Shown here: positions 39,479-53,737 of the stretch, one piece after another
Layout: each line of letters begins with the position of its first letter
Numbering within the stretch: position 1 is the stretch's first letter
Assembly (NCBI GenBank): GCA_964016885.1
Contig: OZ024743.1
Location: 30,256,001-30,320,000, forward strand
DNA length: 64,000 nucleotides
Direction of reading: 5' to 3'
DNA from: Eledone cirrhosa
Lineage: Eukaryota
Program-made: the position numbers and the translations under genes
Notes under the pieces: model-generated
The model's database searches: none
The model's input: the letters and a program-made list of their open reading frames with translations, nothing else
Told to the model about the DNA's origin: nothing

Positions 39479-42400
39479 GGCGACCTAAGTAGGAAATCGT
39501 ATTATCGTGATCTCCGCAAAGGTTTGTTGTTTTGAGTTGTTTCAAATTGCCATTTATGGAAAATCTTTGTTGATAAGTGTTTATAAGGTCACATATATTG
39601 CTTTCGGAAAAGGGCACTGAAGAAGATTGGGGACCTGAGCCCAGAATTTAAAGTTTTATAATTATCAAACAAAATATTTCTTTGAAAAAATCATGGACGA
39701 CTCACAGCCTCACCGAGCTGACAGCCTTCCTCACGAACTAACACCTCACACTAAAACCACCATTGTAAATAGTATTACGTTTGCCAACACTAAAAACATA
39801 AGCAGTAACAATAACTTAAATTTGTCTCATGCAGACATTCATTTCCCGTCATTACCAAAATCTGCAGGTGTTAAAGCCGCCAACCCCACCACCACCACAG
39901 CGACAACAGAAAAATAAAATAAAAAAATAAATTATTATCTCGTGACATCGAAATGGATTCACCCAGAATCGACTCTTCCACACCGAACACCACTGACGCC
40001 ACCACCACCACAACTGAAACTAAAAATAACAATAACAACAACAGCAATAACAACAATGAGAATAACAACAATGAGAATAACAACAAAAACATCAACACTA
40101 CCGCAAATGACTCAATTGCCAAAGCAGCCAAAAAATGCGAAACAATTGAGGTAACTCAGGAGGAATTGAATGAAGCCAAGAGAATGGTAAAGAAAGATGG
40201 GTACATGGTCATACCCCCCCCAATCCCCCCAGCACCACCACCACCCTCCCCAGACAAACACCTAATAAAATGGAGCATCGGCGCCCATGCACCGTGTCTT
40301 ATCGGACGATTAACACAAAATCGCGCAGAGCGGAACGGGCATCCGAGTTTAAAATCCAAAATGCTTTGGGACATGTGTGGGCGAAAAAAATCCACATCAA
40401 ATGTGGGCAGAAATATGGAACCGTGGACGTGTTCTTTGAAACACCACAGGAGGCCAAAGAACAATCCATGGCCCCATTAAGAAGTGACGACTTCACACTC
40501 GACCCAAGCTATTGTGGCCAGAGTCTCGTGAAGATCAGGGTGACCCAAGTTCCACCGGCCATCGAAATTCCCTGGCTAATGACTGCCGTCCTCGCCGCCA
40601 TCGAGGCCAACACCAAGATAATCGAAATAGCGAAAGAAAAGCAGGAGAACTGGTCCGGATCTGGGATGGAGCTCCTGATCCAAGCAGACCAAAAAAGCAT
40701 TGAGGAGATCCCAGAGGTAATAGACCTCACTGACGCCAGCCACCTCACAGTAATCAGCGAGGGGAGAAGGCCTAGGTGTATCGTTTGTGGTGAAGGAACC
40801 CACCTAAGGGCTTTCTGCCCTCAGGCTTAAAGGTTGAGACCACCTCTCTTACCCACCCAAGTGACTCAACCATCAACAGCACCAACAGCAGAAATGGCAG
40901 CAACAACTATAGCAGCAACAGCAGAAGCAACAGTAGCCAAACCAACACCACTACCACCCAACGCGCCAGAACTAGCACCTGCGCCTACACCATCCACCAT
41001 GCCACAACCAAAACCAACGCCTGTAGAGGATTTCCCATTCCCCGACCTATCGCAACTGGAGACAGATTGTGACAACGAGGAGTGGGAAACGGTATCAGAA
41101 AAAAAGAAAAAAAGAAAAAGAAACCAAAAAAGAAAAAAATTCTCTTCCTTCCCCCTCCAAAAACAAAATACAGAAGGAAACAAATAAACTATCAATCAAA
41201 AAAGTTAGGACAGCTATGCCACCATCCACACAAGCATCACTAACCCCATCACCACAAACACCAACACCATCACTATCATTAACCCCAACACCACCATCAC
41301 CCACACCACAAACGTCATCAAAAAGCGAAACAGAAACAACCCCACAACAAACGCAAACAAAACAAACAACCAAAACGATACACACTACACAGCATTAAAT
41401 TTGAACAACAACCAACTAGTACACTTCATCCAACACAACACCGGCATCACAGAAAAAGACTCCTCAACAACCCTAAAGTTCACACCACATCCACACATAC
41501 AAATCACTCGCATCACACAGAAAAGAAACACGACAATAAAACAAACATTCCCCAAAGACATCGGAGACTTCCGACAAGCACTCTCCAGGAGGATTTATAA
41601 GGACATCCTTCCGGAGGAGGCCACAAGCAGTGAAAAGGATGGAGAAACCAACCTTCCTCTATAAGAAGTAAGGTCTTTACCATCTTTTCCACTCCATTTC
41701 AACATGACCTCACTCAGAATAGGCAGCATAAATGCGCGTGGCTTGTGGGTAGTCATAGAAGCAGGGCCACCTGCTCAACGACCTCAGGTCACTAAACATA
41801 GATATAGTGGCCATCAGCGAGACTAGAATCTCCGAAGCTCAGGCATAGCACCGATCTTCGGGTACTACGATGTGGACGCATCTCCCAGCCGTCCTGGATC
41901 AGGGAGAAGAGTTGCTGTGCTTTTTCGGAGAGGTTTGGATCTCGCCATACGGGCCATCTTCCTGGACCCAGAAGGTAGGTTGGTGGTGCTGGACGTGACC
42001 AGCGGAGACGGGCAAGATTTCAGGCTAGTGGCCGTCTATGCCCCGACAGAAGCAGGGCGGCCTGATTTCTTCCGGCGTCTGGAGAACTTTCTTGGAAAGT
42101 CCCGCTCTTTAGTGTTAGTGGGAAACTGGAACGGGATCTTAGATGCATGCTGGGACTGTGTGGGATTAGCGGATAGGGGAGGAGGGTGCAAGAGCCTCTC
42201 CAACCTGCTCAGGCGTTTTGAACTGTCTGACAGGTACCGATTGGATTTCCCGAATGTGCCAGTGTGGACAAATCGCATAGGGTCATCCAGATCATATCTA
42301 GATAGAGTATTTTGTAGGGAAATAGATAGGTCTAGCATAGGCTGTCCACAATTCAAGATAGTCAGCTACACGGACCACAAATTCGTGATCTGTGTGCTTG

Positions 42401-44513
42401 ACTTAGATAGTCTTCTAGATGAGGACCCGGTTACTGGAAGCTAAACGCGTCCTTACCAGCGCGCAAGGCCTACAGAGACCGGATTAGCGAACTAGATAAG
42501 CGCGCGTCAACAACAAGTGGTGGTTTGCTCTGAAAAGAGCGATTAGAATAGAGTCCATTAGGTTCAGTAAGGAATTAGCAATAGACAAAAATAGAGCTAG
42601 AGAGAACTAGTTAGAAAATTAGACGAGGCGCTTAGCAAAGGCATCGCGACCGACGTACTTGCGGCGAAATTGGCCCTTGACCAAGTCTTCAATGCAAAGC
42701 ACGAATGCTGCGATGTGAGCTAGGGGGCGTGCTCTCAGACGAAAGCCGTTCAATGGGCCCGAGTGGCGGAGGTGCGTCGTGGCAACAATCCGGTCGTTGG
42801 TGGACCACGACGGGCGCATGCTACTCGATCCCGGGCAAATGTATGAAGCTTTTCAGCGGTACTTCGCACAGCTGTTCGGGGGCAGCGGTCGGCCAGATCG
42901 AGGGATGGACTTTAGTGTCTACCTCGACAGAGTGCCGTGGTTCTCGGCCACTGAGGCGGAGTGTTGCGAAAAGCCGATAACAGCCGCTGAAGTACGGGAG
43001 GCAATGACTGGCTGCACAAGGGGTAAATCACCTGGTTTGGATGGTCTGCCCTATAAACTTTGCGTACAGATTCCAGACTTGTTCGGAGGCCTCTTGGCGG
43101 AGGTCTACTGCAACAGGCAACAGAACGGGAGAATTCCCAGTTCTATGAGCCGAGGAGCGGTGGCGCTGCTGAGAAAGGATACGAACAAGGGGGATAACAT
43201 AGACAAATTCAAGTCCATAACTCTGCTAAACACAGAGTTCAAGATTTTGGCCAAGGTGCTAGCAAAGAGGTTGGCGCTTATCGTTTGTGGTTTGGTGGGA
43301 GAGGCGCAGACATGCGCCATTCCCGACAGATCCATCCACGACAACCTCCACCTCATGCGATACATCGTGGAATGGGTAGCTAGGGAAGCTGGCACGGGTG
43401 GGTCCTTGATCAATTTAGATCAGTCGAAATCTTTCGATAGAGTCGACCATCGTTACCTAGCGGCAGTCCAGCGGGCGGTTGACGTTGGGCCCGTTTTTAG
43501 AGGCTGGCACGCTGCCATGCACAGCGACATCTGCTCTGTGTTGAGAGTGAACGGTCACCTTTCGGAACCGTTCAAATCATGCCCTCGGTCCGCCAAGGAT
43601 CCTCTCTCGTCCCTCTTGTACGTATTGACTCTCGAGCCATTACTGCACAAACTGGAGACGTTTAGGGGGGTTCCGCGCGAACTAGGATGCGGAAGCTCCG
43701 TGTCAGCGTATGCGGACGATGTAACCGTAGTGGTGACCAACGCCAAACACATCGAGGCGATCGGCACTACACTAAGAGAATACGAAGCGGTCGCAGGTGC
43801 AATCATCAACCAGGAAAAGTCAGTGGACCCGCAGCTGGGAGAGGCAGGTCCATGCCGTCCAACAGCGTCGTCGGGCGCTGGACGGACGGCTCGGTTAAAT
43901 TGCTAGGGGTCTGGTTCGGTTCGGACCTCCAGACGGACACAAACTGGGATGAGGTGAAGAGCAGGGTGGCTTCTCTCAACCAGAAATGGGCGGAGAGGAA
44001 GCTATCCCTGAAAGGTCGAGCGGAGGTGGCTAACGAGTACATTGCGTCCGTCATCTACTATCGCATGACCGTCGTACCTTGTCTAAGCCTCGCCTGACTG
44101 CACTAGAGCGTTTTCCCTTTCGCTTTTTGTGGAAGGGACGCGCTCCGATTGTCTGGGGGGGGGGGGGGGGGGCATCTGCTGTCAACACCCGGTACGTGGA
44201 GGGCTGGGCATGCCCGTGGCTGATGATGCGCAGACACGCGCTCTGTCTACGACATCTCCACCTCTTCCTCGACGGTGATCAGGTGTGGTCGCCGTTTGCT
44301 AGACGCGTCTTTCCCCAGCTCGTCTCCTTGACGGAGCTGCAGTCTTGGGTTAAGAGAAGAGTGAGAGATAGCGCTTGGAGACTTGAATGTCTTCAGGCGC
44401 TCACAGCCCTAGACCAATCGGGCAATGTGATCGGTGGAAACTCCACCTCGGCGTTCTATAGAGGATTAGTGGAGGGGAAGAGCGACGACGTACTTGGGGA
44501 AACTCTAGGCGTC
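39479..44513 (+). mobile_element. Tx1/L1-clade LINE with 5' end, 3'-truncated
   Basis: 5' UTR, ORF1 from 39693 with zinc knuckle CIVCGEGTHLRAFC, ORF2 APE + RT (SAYADD). Ends abruptly at GAAACTCTAGGCGTC. Confidence 0.93.
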
Positions 44514-45500
44514 TGTCTCGAAAGACCATGGATCTGCGGCGGAAGATATTTGTGCCAGCTGCTGACGGCGATGCAGTGTTTTCTGTTGCTGTTCAGCCCA
44601 ACACAGAAGTGGTAGTCATGTACACCGCGACTGTATTTGAAAGTGCTCTACTTCGATGCTACTTCCTTCTGCTTTCTTCGAATACGCTTTTCCTTAAAGG
44701 CAAGTTCCAGTTTCTCTTCCTCTCGCACCATTCTTTTGCGCAGTTTACGTAGCCGTCCTGGGCAATCAGTAGCGACCTCCTCCTATCTCTAGATTTCCAC
44801 ATCTATTGATTTCTTACCTCTCTTGCAGACGAAGTCGCTCTCTTAATATCCAAAATTCGTCTGTGGACACTCAAGTGGAAGACATTGAGATGCCGCCCTT
44901 GTCTGTAATAGAGCCACAATGTCTCGCTTCCATTGAGCAGTTTGCTCTATGGCAATCTTGATGTTTGTAGTTTCTTTTCTGCTCTCACACACTCATATCG
45001 TCAGCCTGGCAAATGTGGACGTTGCTCGCCCAACTCACCTGCTGATCTCAGAGTCCAGGGAATTGTTGTCAGTGGAAGTGTAACCGATGTAGATGCATTC
45101 GTGGACTGCCTCCAGCTCTTACTTGTTGGTGGTGATGGTAAGGAGTTCTTGACACATTGGCCAAGTACGTACGTTGGTTTCCTTCAGATAAATGGTTAGG
45201 CTGATTTCCTGGCAGGCCTTTGTGGGTTTGTTTAAAAGGTGCTGCATTTTCCCCTCAGACTGCACTGCCAACGACTCATCATTTCTCAGATGAGGAGTTG
45301 ACGATTTCGCTTTCACCCTTGACAGACTAAATATCTCGTCAGATCTTGTGTTGAAGTTGACATTCCATATGCATATTTCAGCACGACTGCGGAACATCTG
45401 TCCAACAGAGTAGGGTGTAGCATTCAGTCCTGTTTTACACCGCTGCACGTGTTCAGTGTCTCTGTAAAAGGGCCATGATATTGAACGACACATTTCATAT
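44514..45500 (-). mobile_element. RTE-clade LINE 3' remnant
   Basis: Minus strand: ACQEISLTI.LKETNV, LEAVHECIYIG..STDNNSLDSEIS, decayed C-terminal VGLNSN.KHC, and 3' end CATGGTCTTTCGAGAC. Confidence 0.75.
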
Positions 45501-45580
45501 CTGCAGGAAAGGATTTGCTCACAATAGTGACAGATGGTGAGAGCGAGAGAAACGGAAGTGCTTACAGAGGGAGTTTTTTC

Positions 45581-45657
<77 letters not shown>

Positions 45658-46534
45658 CGTGTGTATGTGTGCTGTATAAGTATGTATGTATAAATATTGA
45701 TTGGCAGCAAAATTACTTAGGATTAAGCATAATAGAAATATATAATAAAGTATATATTACATATTCATATACAACGCACATAAATGAGGCAATGTAGTGA
45801 ATTTATTATTTTTCAGCCTTCGCTCTTTGAACACATCATACATATCTTAGTAATCTTTGAGAATTCCAAACAGATATTTGACGATTGTTTAATCTAACAT
45901 CAGTGACATTCACTCAATCGGCACTGAGATGACGATAAAATTGGTTCTGTAGCTATTTTGTGTGATGAATATTTGCTTGAGATGCTCGTTTGCATGCAAC
46001 AATTACAAAACATCAAGTACTATGTTATATTCAAAAAGAAAAAGTTATTCATTGTACATAAACATATAGTACATGCTTTCATACCAACATATATTATGCT
46101 TAACGCTCTCTTACTTCTGCTAATTAATAATAAACAGCCATGTTCGCAATATATCTAAATTGGCATGTCTAGTACTAGTTGCATAAATGTCCTTGTCGAG
46201 AGATCAACGGCTCTTGAAACAGTTCATTGGTAGCTTCAAAGGCTATTGTTGTATGGGTTAGGTTCTCTGTGCAAAAGAAGGAAACATATATTTTGTCATT
46301 GATCGCGAGCTTAGCCTAAGTTTATTGAATATAAAACTATAGTATATGCTCTCATATATTATGAATATATATAGAGAGATATAAGAAGGTAAAAAACAGA
46401 CCACGACACCTAGTAGTTTCGTCAAGTATCCGGCGAAGTATCAACCACCACGCATCATGGTCGGGTTTTACCACTTTGCATGCATTGACTACATCCTTGA
46501 TCTGTGGTCTCCTTGATCTCAGCACCGCAGACTT

Positions 46535-46597
<63 letters not shown>

Positions 46598-46626
46598 GCG
46601 CGCGCGCACACACACACACACGCGCG

Positions 46627-46683
<57 letters not shown>

Positions 46684-47019
46684 TGTTTCTGTTTATAGAC
46701 GACCAAAGAAATATTCCTTAAGATAGACATAATGCTTGGATTGAGTAGAGTGTAAATTAATTAGGTATTTGGAAATTATCTTACATATGTGCAAATGTTT
46801 CAGATTATAAGTGAATTATTACGATTATGAATATAGGTAGGTATCAGTTTATATAGTTACTGTTGGCGGATTGTACGAAGTAACGTTTCTTTTTATCTTA
46901 ACCTTATTTAATTATCGAGATAAAAATAATTTTGTCCCTTGTCTCCATTTTAATAGTCACTCACACACAAACACACACACTAACACGCCCACACACTGAC
47001 ACACACACAGGCACACATC

Positions 47020-47134
<115 letters not shown>

Positions 47135-47175
47135 ATATATATATATATATATATTTATACATATATATATATACA

Positions 47176-49243
47176 CAGTTCAAGAGTAACCAATCTTAAA
47201 GAGAGAGATGGAGATAGGAGAGGAGATATGAGAGGAGAGATTGGTGAATTAGTTAGAAGCCAAAGCGTAAAGGCATGTGCTCAATGTGCAATATGCAGTA
47301 GAAAGCAGATAGGTGGCTGTGTTCATGCAGAAGTTAGGTGCGCAGAGCTGAAAATATTCATTAGTTAAGCAAAACAAGACCACAAACTTCACAAGGAAGA
47401 CATTATTAAAAGATTGTCAGCATATTTTAGTTTGATGTAAGGAATGTAGAGAATAATAATAATAATATTAATAATAATAATGTCCGTTTACAATTGTTTC
47501 GCTACTCCATATAATATTTCTGGATCAGATGACTATATATATCATAATTGATCTGGTTCAGTTGAAAATAATTAACATATTTAAAAGACGGAGTGGCTCA
47601 TCGGAACTTCAAAGGAATATAAATTAAAATAATGAGATAATTACATAGATTCTTCAAAAATAACGGTCTCTCTATCATGATCGAGCCGGACCGTAAAGTA
47701 GTAAACTTCCTAGACGTCACCCTGGATCTCACCAATAACCTATATAACCCTTACACTAAACCAGGTGAAATACTCACATATATTAGCTCACACTCTAACC
47801 ACCCACTGGCAGTCATCAGAGCAGTAATCAAATCTATCTCCTATAGGATCTCAATGCCACTAATCTAGCCACTAATATCCCCAAAAGGCTTCTTCTCTAT
47901 CATATCTAACCCCCCCCCCCCACCATAGATATTACAAACTCTTTAATAAAAATAACATTAAACTCTAATTCTCAACAACACCTAACCTAGCTAGCTACAT
48001 CGCGTTCAGTAACCATCATAAGCTAAGACAGTATAACTCCCAGACAGCGGTACCACCACCCCTATCAAATACACCACGCCACTACACCAATAATTACTCT
48101 ACTAGCACACCTCCCCCATCTAATCCTTCTAGCACGGACCGACCGCTTAGGTTAAACAACCCTACTTTCACTAACCGCAAAAGCAACTGCAACTGCCGTT
48201 ACCCCAATGCATGCCCATTAAATGGACACTGCTTGACACCGAACATAGTCTATAGGTGCACGGTTAAAACTGCTTCGAATACCAGCTCTTATATCGGGTC
48301 TACCTCTAACCCTTTTAAGGTACGCTATAACGCGCACTCTTTTTGCTTCCGAGACCCTAGCAACAGATGTTCGACTTCGCTAGCTAGGCTCATTAAAAAC
48401 CTTAAATAAAACAACGTTCAACACTCACTAAAATGGGATATCGTGGCTAGGGCCCAACCGTTCAATGGACGAAGACAATCTTGTGATCTCTGTAATACGG
48501 AAGCATATTACATAACACTATCACGACTTCTACCGATTAACTATAGAATCGGAGTTAACTATTAGCTGTCAACATCGAAGGGCTAATTCCTTTGCCAATA
48601 GAATTTTTGACCCAACTTAGTCATGTAGCCCCATTTTTACTTGTATCTAATAAGTTAAATTGCTATGAAGAACTCGATAATTATAAATTACATTCCCTAC
48701 ACTGTCTCTTAATAAAAAAAATAAAAATAAGCACTTAACTATAAACACCCACAATTTATAATTTCTCAAGAAGTTACTTCCCCTGAAACCACCCTCTAAT
48801 TAGTAAGGTAAATATGCCCTTGGCAGCCATCTTTTTACCCATAGGCAGATCTCACACAATGCAGCCTCGACAGATGAATACTGCTTGATTATGACTGACA
48901 ACTGATGCACAAAAACACCCAAGTAAAAACCAATATATGGAACATTATATTATGTAACAGTATCTCATTATTTTAATTTATATTCCTTTGAAGTTCCGCT
49001 GAGCCTATTCGTCTTTTAAATATGTTAATAATTTTCAACAGAACCAGATCAATTATGATATATAGTCATCTGAGCCAGAAATATTATATGGAGTAGCGAA
49101 ACAATTGTAAACGGACATTATTATTATTCATATTATTATTATTATTCTCTACACTCCTTACATCAAACTAAAATATGTTGACAATCTTTTAATAATGTCT
49201 TCCTTGTGAAATTTGTGATCTTGTTTTGCCTAACTAATGAATA
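47176..49243 (+). mobile_element. 5'-truncated Naiad-type PLE with inverted pLTR copy
   Basis: Inverted repeat 47355-47639 / 48961-49243. Between the arms: VNFLDVTLDL..Y.PYTKP...YISSHSNHP and CNCRYPNACPLNGHCLTPNIVY..YIGST..FKVRYNAH..CDLC. (TA)n at both ends. Confidence 0.9.
47483..47607 (-). ncRNA. Hammerhead-like motif with ~97-nt helix II insertion
   Basis: GUU CCGAUGA GCCACUCC-(long)-GGAGUAGC GAAA CAAUUG UA AAC. Second copy on + at 48993-49112 has core CCGCUGA. Confidence 0.62.
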
Positions 49244-49302
49244 CATATATATATATATATATATCTAATATAAGATCAAAAGATGGTTAAAAGAGCTCCA
49301 AG

Positions 49303-49373
49303 TATTTTATTATGCGCATTTCAAAAACAAATATCATCATGGGATGATATCTGCGTTTTCCTCAGATAAAATA
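49303..49373 (-). ncRNA. Type I hammerhead (sense pLTR)
   Basis: UAUUUUAU CUGAGGA [long helix II] GAAA UGCGCA UA AUAAAAUA. Confidence 0.85.
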
Positions 49374-50516
49374 GGGATACATGATATGAAGCTTAAAAAA
49401 CATATGAAAAATAATTTAAGATTGATGTATGCGATTGGGAATAAGTGAGGGGGGTTCGAAAATGTAAGGAATAGGAGGAGATGAGAGGAATGGTGGGGGA
49501 GGAGTATAAGAAGGAAGGATGAGAGAGGAGGAGATGAGAGTAAAGAATGGTGGGGGAGGAGTATAAGAAGGAAGGATGAGAGAGGAGGAGAGATGGATGA
49601 TAGAGATGGGTCACTTTACAACTGAGAAAACAATATATATTGTCTCACAGAGAGAAGTTAAAAAGCCGTTGGAAGATAATAGATAATTTAAAAGAATTTG
49701 AAATTAAAATTTAATGAGGTTTATGCATGAAGAGAAAAAGGGATTAAGAATAATATTAAATTAAGGTTTGTATATTGAAGGGGAAAAGAAATTATTAAAA
49801 TACGTATTATTAAAATAAAATTATTAATGTTATTAAGGATATAATGTGAAAAGAAGTAAAAGAATGAATGAGTTATGAATTTAGAGGAATTAGTTAGTGT
49901 TTAAGTTTGTTTTATGTAATGTAATATGTGTGTGTAAATAGTTTGTTAAAAAATGAGCGCAGAAAGCAGAGAAGAAAATAATGTTTAAGGAAGAAAATAT
50001 TTAACATAAAAAAATATATGTTTACGTAATATTTTCTAATGGTAATAATATTAAAAGAAATTAGGTAGGGTTTAAGATTGTTTTATGTATTGTAATATGT
50101 AAAAGTTAAACGAGCATGAAAGGAAGAAATAAGGAATTTAAGGAAGAAAAATCTAACGTTAATAAAATGTTTATATTTACGAAGGACTATTAAAGGTAAT
50201 ACTATATTGTATTAAATAAAAATAATAATAATTTTTATGGCCAATGACATGAAGAAGGATGGAAGAATGGATAATGTTGTGGTGAGTAATAATAAGAATT
50301 GAGAAGTAGTTAGGAAGAAAAAGTACAGATTAGAGGTTAGAAATTAGAAAGAAAGTGGAAGAAAGGAAAGTGATAAAGAGGAATGAAATAGAATGAGTAA
50401 TTGTATCATATAATATATAATAAATAATATTGAAATAAGGTAGAAAGATGGGTCTATTTTTAAAATATATATAAGCCTTTGAGAAAAAGGATTCTAAACT
50501 AGTAAGGTATTAGATA

Positions 50517-51077
50517 TTAGCTGTATACTTTATGGAATCTTCTGTGGAATTTATGCAAGCAGAGAGAAAATAAATCAGTGCGTCTATTTATTATAGAATT
50601 GAAATTAGATATAATGGTAAATTTCTCAGATAGGCAAAGATTACATGTTCTGGATAGGGAGGCATTCAAGTAGGGAGAGGCAGAACAAATATTTCTCCAA
50701 GAGATGTTATAGTTAATATTTTTGTCTTTCAAGGACCATATGAGTTCTGAGAGTGCTGTGTTAGTTCTTTTAAGTTGGTATTTAAAAGACAAATTGAGAT
50801 TATAAAATCTAGCTTTGAAGGAGGTGGAAGTGGGACCGAAATAGGTAAAGGAATTGGTATCAGTTATAACCTTACATTCATAGACTAAGTTTTTATCAAG
50901 ACGATGGTTATTGAGAGGACATTTAGTTCTAACAGGGCAATTACAATTGCGCTTAGAGAAATTAACAGAGTTATTAACAAGTGACCTAGTGTTATTTATA
51001 GTAGGAATTGGATTGGAGAAGTTATTTACGATAGGAATAAAAGTTTCCTGATTTAGATTGGTATTATGAACATTCAA
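50517..51077 (-). pseudogene. PLE GIY-YIG endonuclease fragment
   Basis: CNCPVRTKCPLNN..L..NLVY, YFGPT.TSFKARFYN, TALSELIWSLK, CNLCLSEK, NRR.DLFSLCLH. Confidence 0.88.
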
Positions 51078-51523
51078 CGAAATTACGTTTGACGTCGTAT
51101 TTGACGTGGTATTTCTTTTCCTCGCACATTATTAAACCCTTCAATATACAAACCTTAATTTAATATTATTCTTAATCCCTTTCTCTCTTCATGCATAAAA
51201 CTCATTATCTTTTAATTTCAAATACTTTTAAATTACCTATTATCTTCCAACGGCTTTTTAACTTCTCTCTGTGACACAATATATATTTTGTTCTCAGTTG
51301 TAAATGCTATATATCTCTCTCTCTCTATCACCCATCTCTCCTCCTCTCTCATCCTTCCTTCTTATACTACTCCCCCACCATTCTTTACTCTCACCTCCTC
51401 CTCTTCCTTACCTTTTCCAACCCGCTCCTCACTTTTTCCCAATCTCATACATCAATCTTAAATTATTTTTCATATGTTAATTTAAGACTGCACTATTCAC
51501 AAGTATTTTTTAAGCTTCATATC

Positions 51524-51593
51524 TATTTTATCTGATGAAAACGCAGATATCATCCCATGATGATATTTGTTTTGAAATGCGCATAATAAAATA
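51524..51593 (+). ncRNA. Type I hammerhead (inverted pLTR)
   Basis: TATTTTAT CTGATGA AAAC..AGATATCATC CCAT GATGATATTTGTTTT GAAA TGCGCA TA ATAAAATA. Confidence 0.88.
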
Positions 51594-51715
51594 CTTGGAA
51601 CTCTGTTAACCATCTTTTGATCTTATATTATTTATACTCCAGTCCTACAAACTGTAGAGTGCTACTTATCAGATATTTGCATTGCTTTATTGTTCTACAA
51701 TAAAACTCACCTCCT

Positions 51716-51796
<81 letters not shown>

Positions 51797-51804
51797 CATA
51801 CATA

Positions 51805-52185
51805 TATGAGTTGTATTTAATTTGTTGGAATTCCGACAAACATGAATGTTTATAACTGATATAGAGCACTCAACAATTTACTGGAGTAATATTCCAAGAT
51901 AATAATTGTTTCTACTTTTGGCACAAGGCCATCAATTACCCAGTATATTACTGATACTTCGTTTTATCGACCCCGTAAGGATGAAAGGCAAAGTTAACCT
52001 CGGCGGGATTTTAAATGTCCGTAAAGGGACGTAACTATGCTGCAAAGCATAACGTCCGACCCTCTACCGATACTGCCAAGATAATAATAAATGGAAATTA
52101 TATTTATAAAACCATGTTTATTTTATTATATATATTTCAATGGCCAATCTTGGTGCGCTTTCATCAGATATAATAGAAAATTTGT
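51805..52185 (-). mobile_element. Naiad pLTR stub interrupted by a SINE
   Basis: 51805-51895 matches 13080-13165 and 52085-52180 matches 12970-13075, both in reverse complement. SINE at ~51901-52079 with TSD CCAAGATAATAAT. Confidence 0.82.
52119..52175 (-). ncRNA. Type I hammerhead motif
   Basis: UAUUAUAU CUGAUGA AA..CCAA..UUGG..UU GAAA UAUAUA UA AUAAAAUA. Helix II is partly degraded. Confidence 0.68.
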
Positions 52186-52816
52186 TTCATAAATAATGAC
52201 ATACCCATGGAAATCACATCTTAACGGATTTTTTAAAAATGCAACACGTGCAACAATCAATTTCTACTTGCTATAAAATGCTGGGATCTATTCATTGGAA
52301 TCTTGGAGCATATTCTACAGTGGACATTGTGCATGTCTCTCTGACATGACACCATAAATTTAATTTTGGATATATATATACGGCCCCTTAATTGTAGAGC
52401 TAACTCAGTTGAAAGGACTCAGCGGCTATTTCTAGTTGTCGAAAACCATATTCACGCCACTGGGATGAACCTGGTACGATGTGTGTATTTAAAAAAAAAA
52501 GCAACACGTGCTGCTAGTCATTCGCAGATTTGCATTTGCTGTGTAAACACAGATAGTTAAATCTTCTCCCTCGTTGAAAATTCGTGATTTGGCTACTGTG
52601 GTTTACCGATCGATTAAGGGTGAAATATATTTTTTTAATGAAATATATACAAGGAAGATTAATCAATTTAAAAGGTATATATACTTAAAGATCTAGTTAA
52701 ACTTTAATTAGTTACCTACCTAGCTATGTGTGCTTACACAATTTTATAAATTATTCCCTGTGATTGTTTCATATGTTTATTTTATATATATATATATATG
52801 TCAATCAATTTCTAGT

Positions 52817-52896
<80 letters not shown>

Positions 52897-53619
52897 ATAT
52901 TGTTATACTTTGGGAGGGTCATGTTGCCAATATATGTATGTGTGTGTGTGTATGTAGATGAAAGAAGTGGGGGCAATAATGTACTGTATACTCTCTGCCA
53001 AAGCATTGCACCATTTTTATGGCAATATGAAGATTAGATCAATTCCGCTTCACCAATCATTCCGCTTTATGCTATTAGAGGAATAACCGCCCACTTTATC
53101 TTCGCTTTTATTTTCAAGGTTCTCTCGTAAAAGTTACATAGAACTCAATCGGAGAGGAAAATCGTATTTCCTCATAGCCAAAAGCATGTCCGTTTCATCC
53201 TTAGAAATAATAGCAGTTAGTTGATTCCCCTTATGGACTTTATATATTAGCATGTCCACCATACTCGGGAAAACAGTTATTAGACATAATCCTACAAGTC
53301 GGCACTGCCGAGGCAGTGAAGGATTTTGTTCAGTACTATTGTACTATCTTATGGTTCTCCTGGAGATGTTCGGTCGTTAGTATTTCCGTGACTATTGAAC
53401 TGAAAGTATAAATTGTAGCAGAATATTTCAAGTACCTTATATGTCGGTGTACAAGGTGACATTTTAACCTTACATCCCACCTTCAAAAATAGAAGGCAGT
53501 TGTCGTATACTTCAGATATAAAATGTAGACCTTAAATGCTGTGGCTTATAGTAAGTTGGTAATTATCGACACAAATATTTTCTACTGAAACAACCTATTT
53601 CACATTATTGTAATAAAAT

Positions 53620-53737
53620 AATTGTTTCTACTTTTGGCACAAGGTCGGCAATTATTCCAGTATATTGCTGGTACATTATTTAATCGACCCCGTATGGATG
53701 AAAGGCAAAGTTAACCTCGACGGAATTTGAACTCAAA
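53620..53737 (-). mobile_element. 5'-truncated SINE with 20-bp TSD
   Basis: Family core, with CATTATTGTAATAAAATAAT on both sides. Confidence 0.88.

Larger units (their letters stand above)
49266..51715 (-). mobile_element. 5'-truncated Naiad-type PLE with inverted pLTR copy
   Basis: Inverted repeat 49266-49783 / 51137-51630 flanking a minus-strand GIY-YIG ORF. Bounded by microsatellites. Confidence 0.9.
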
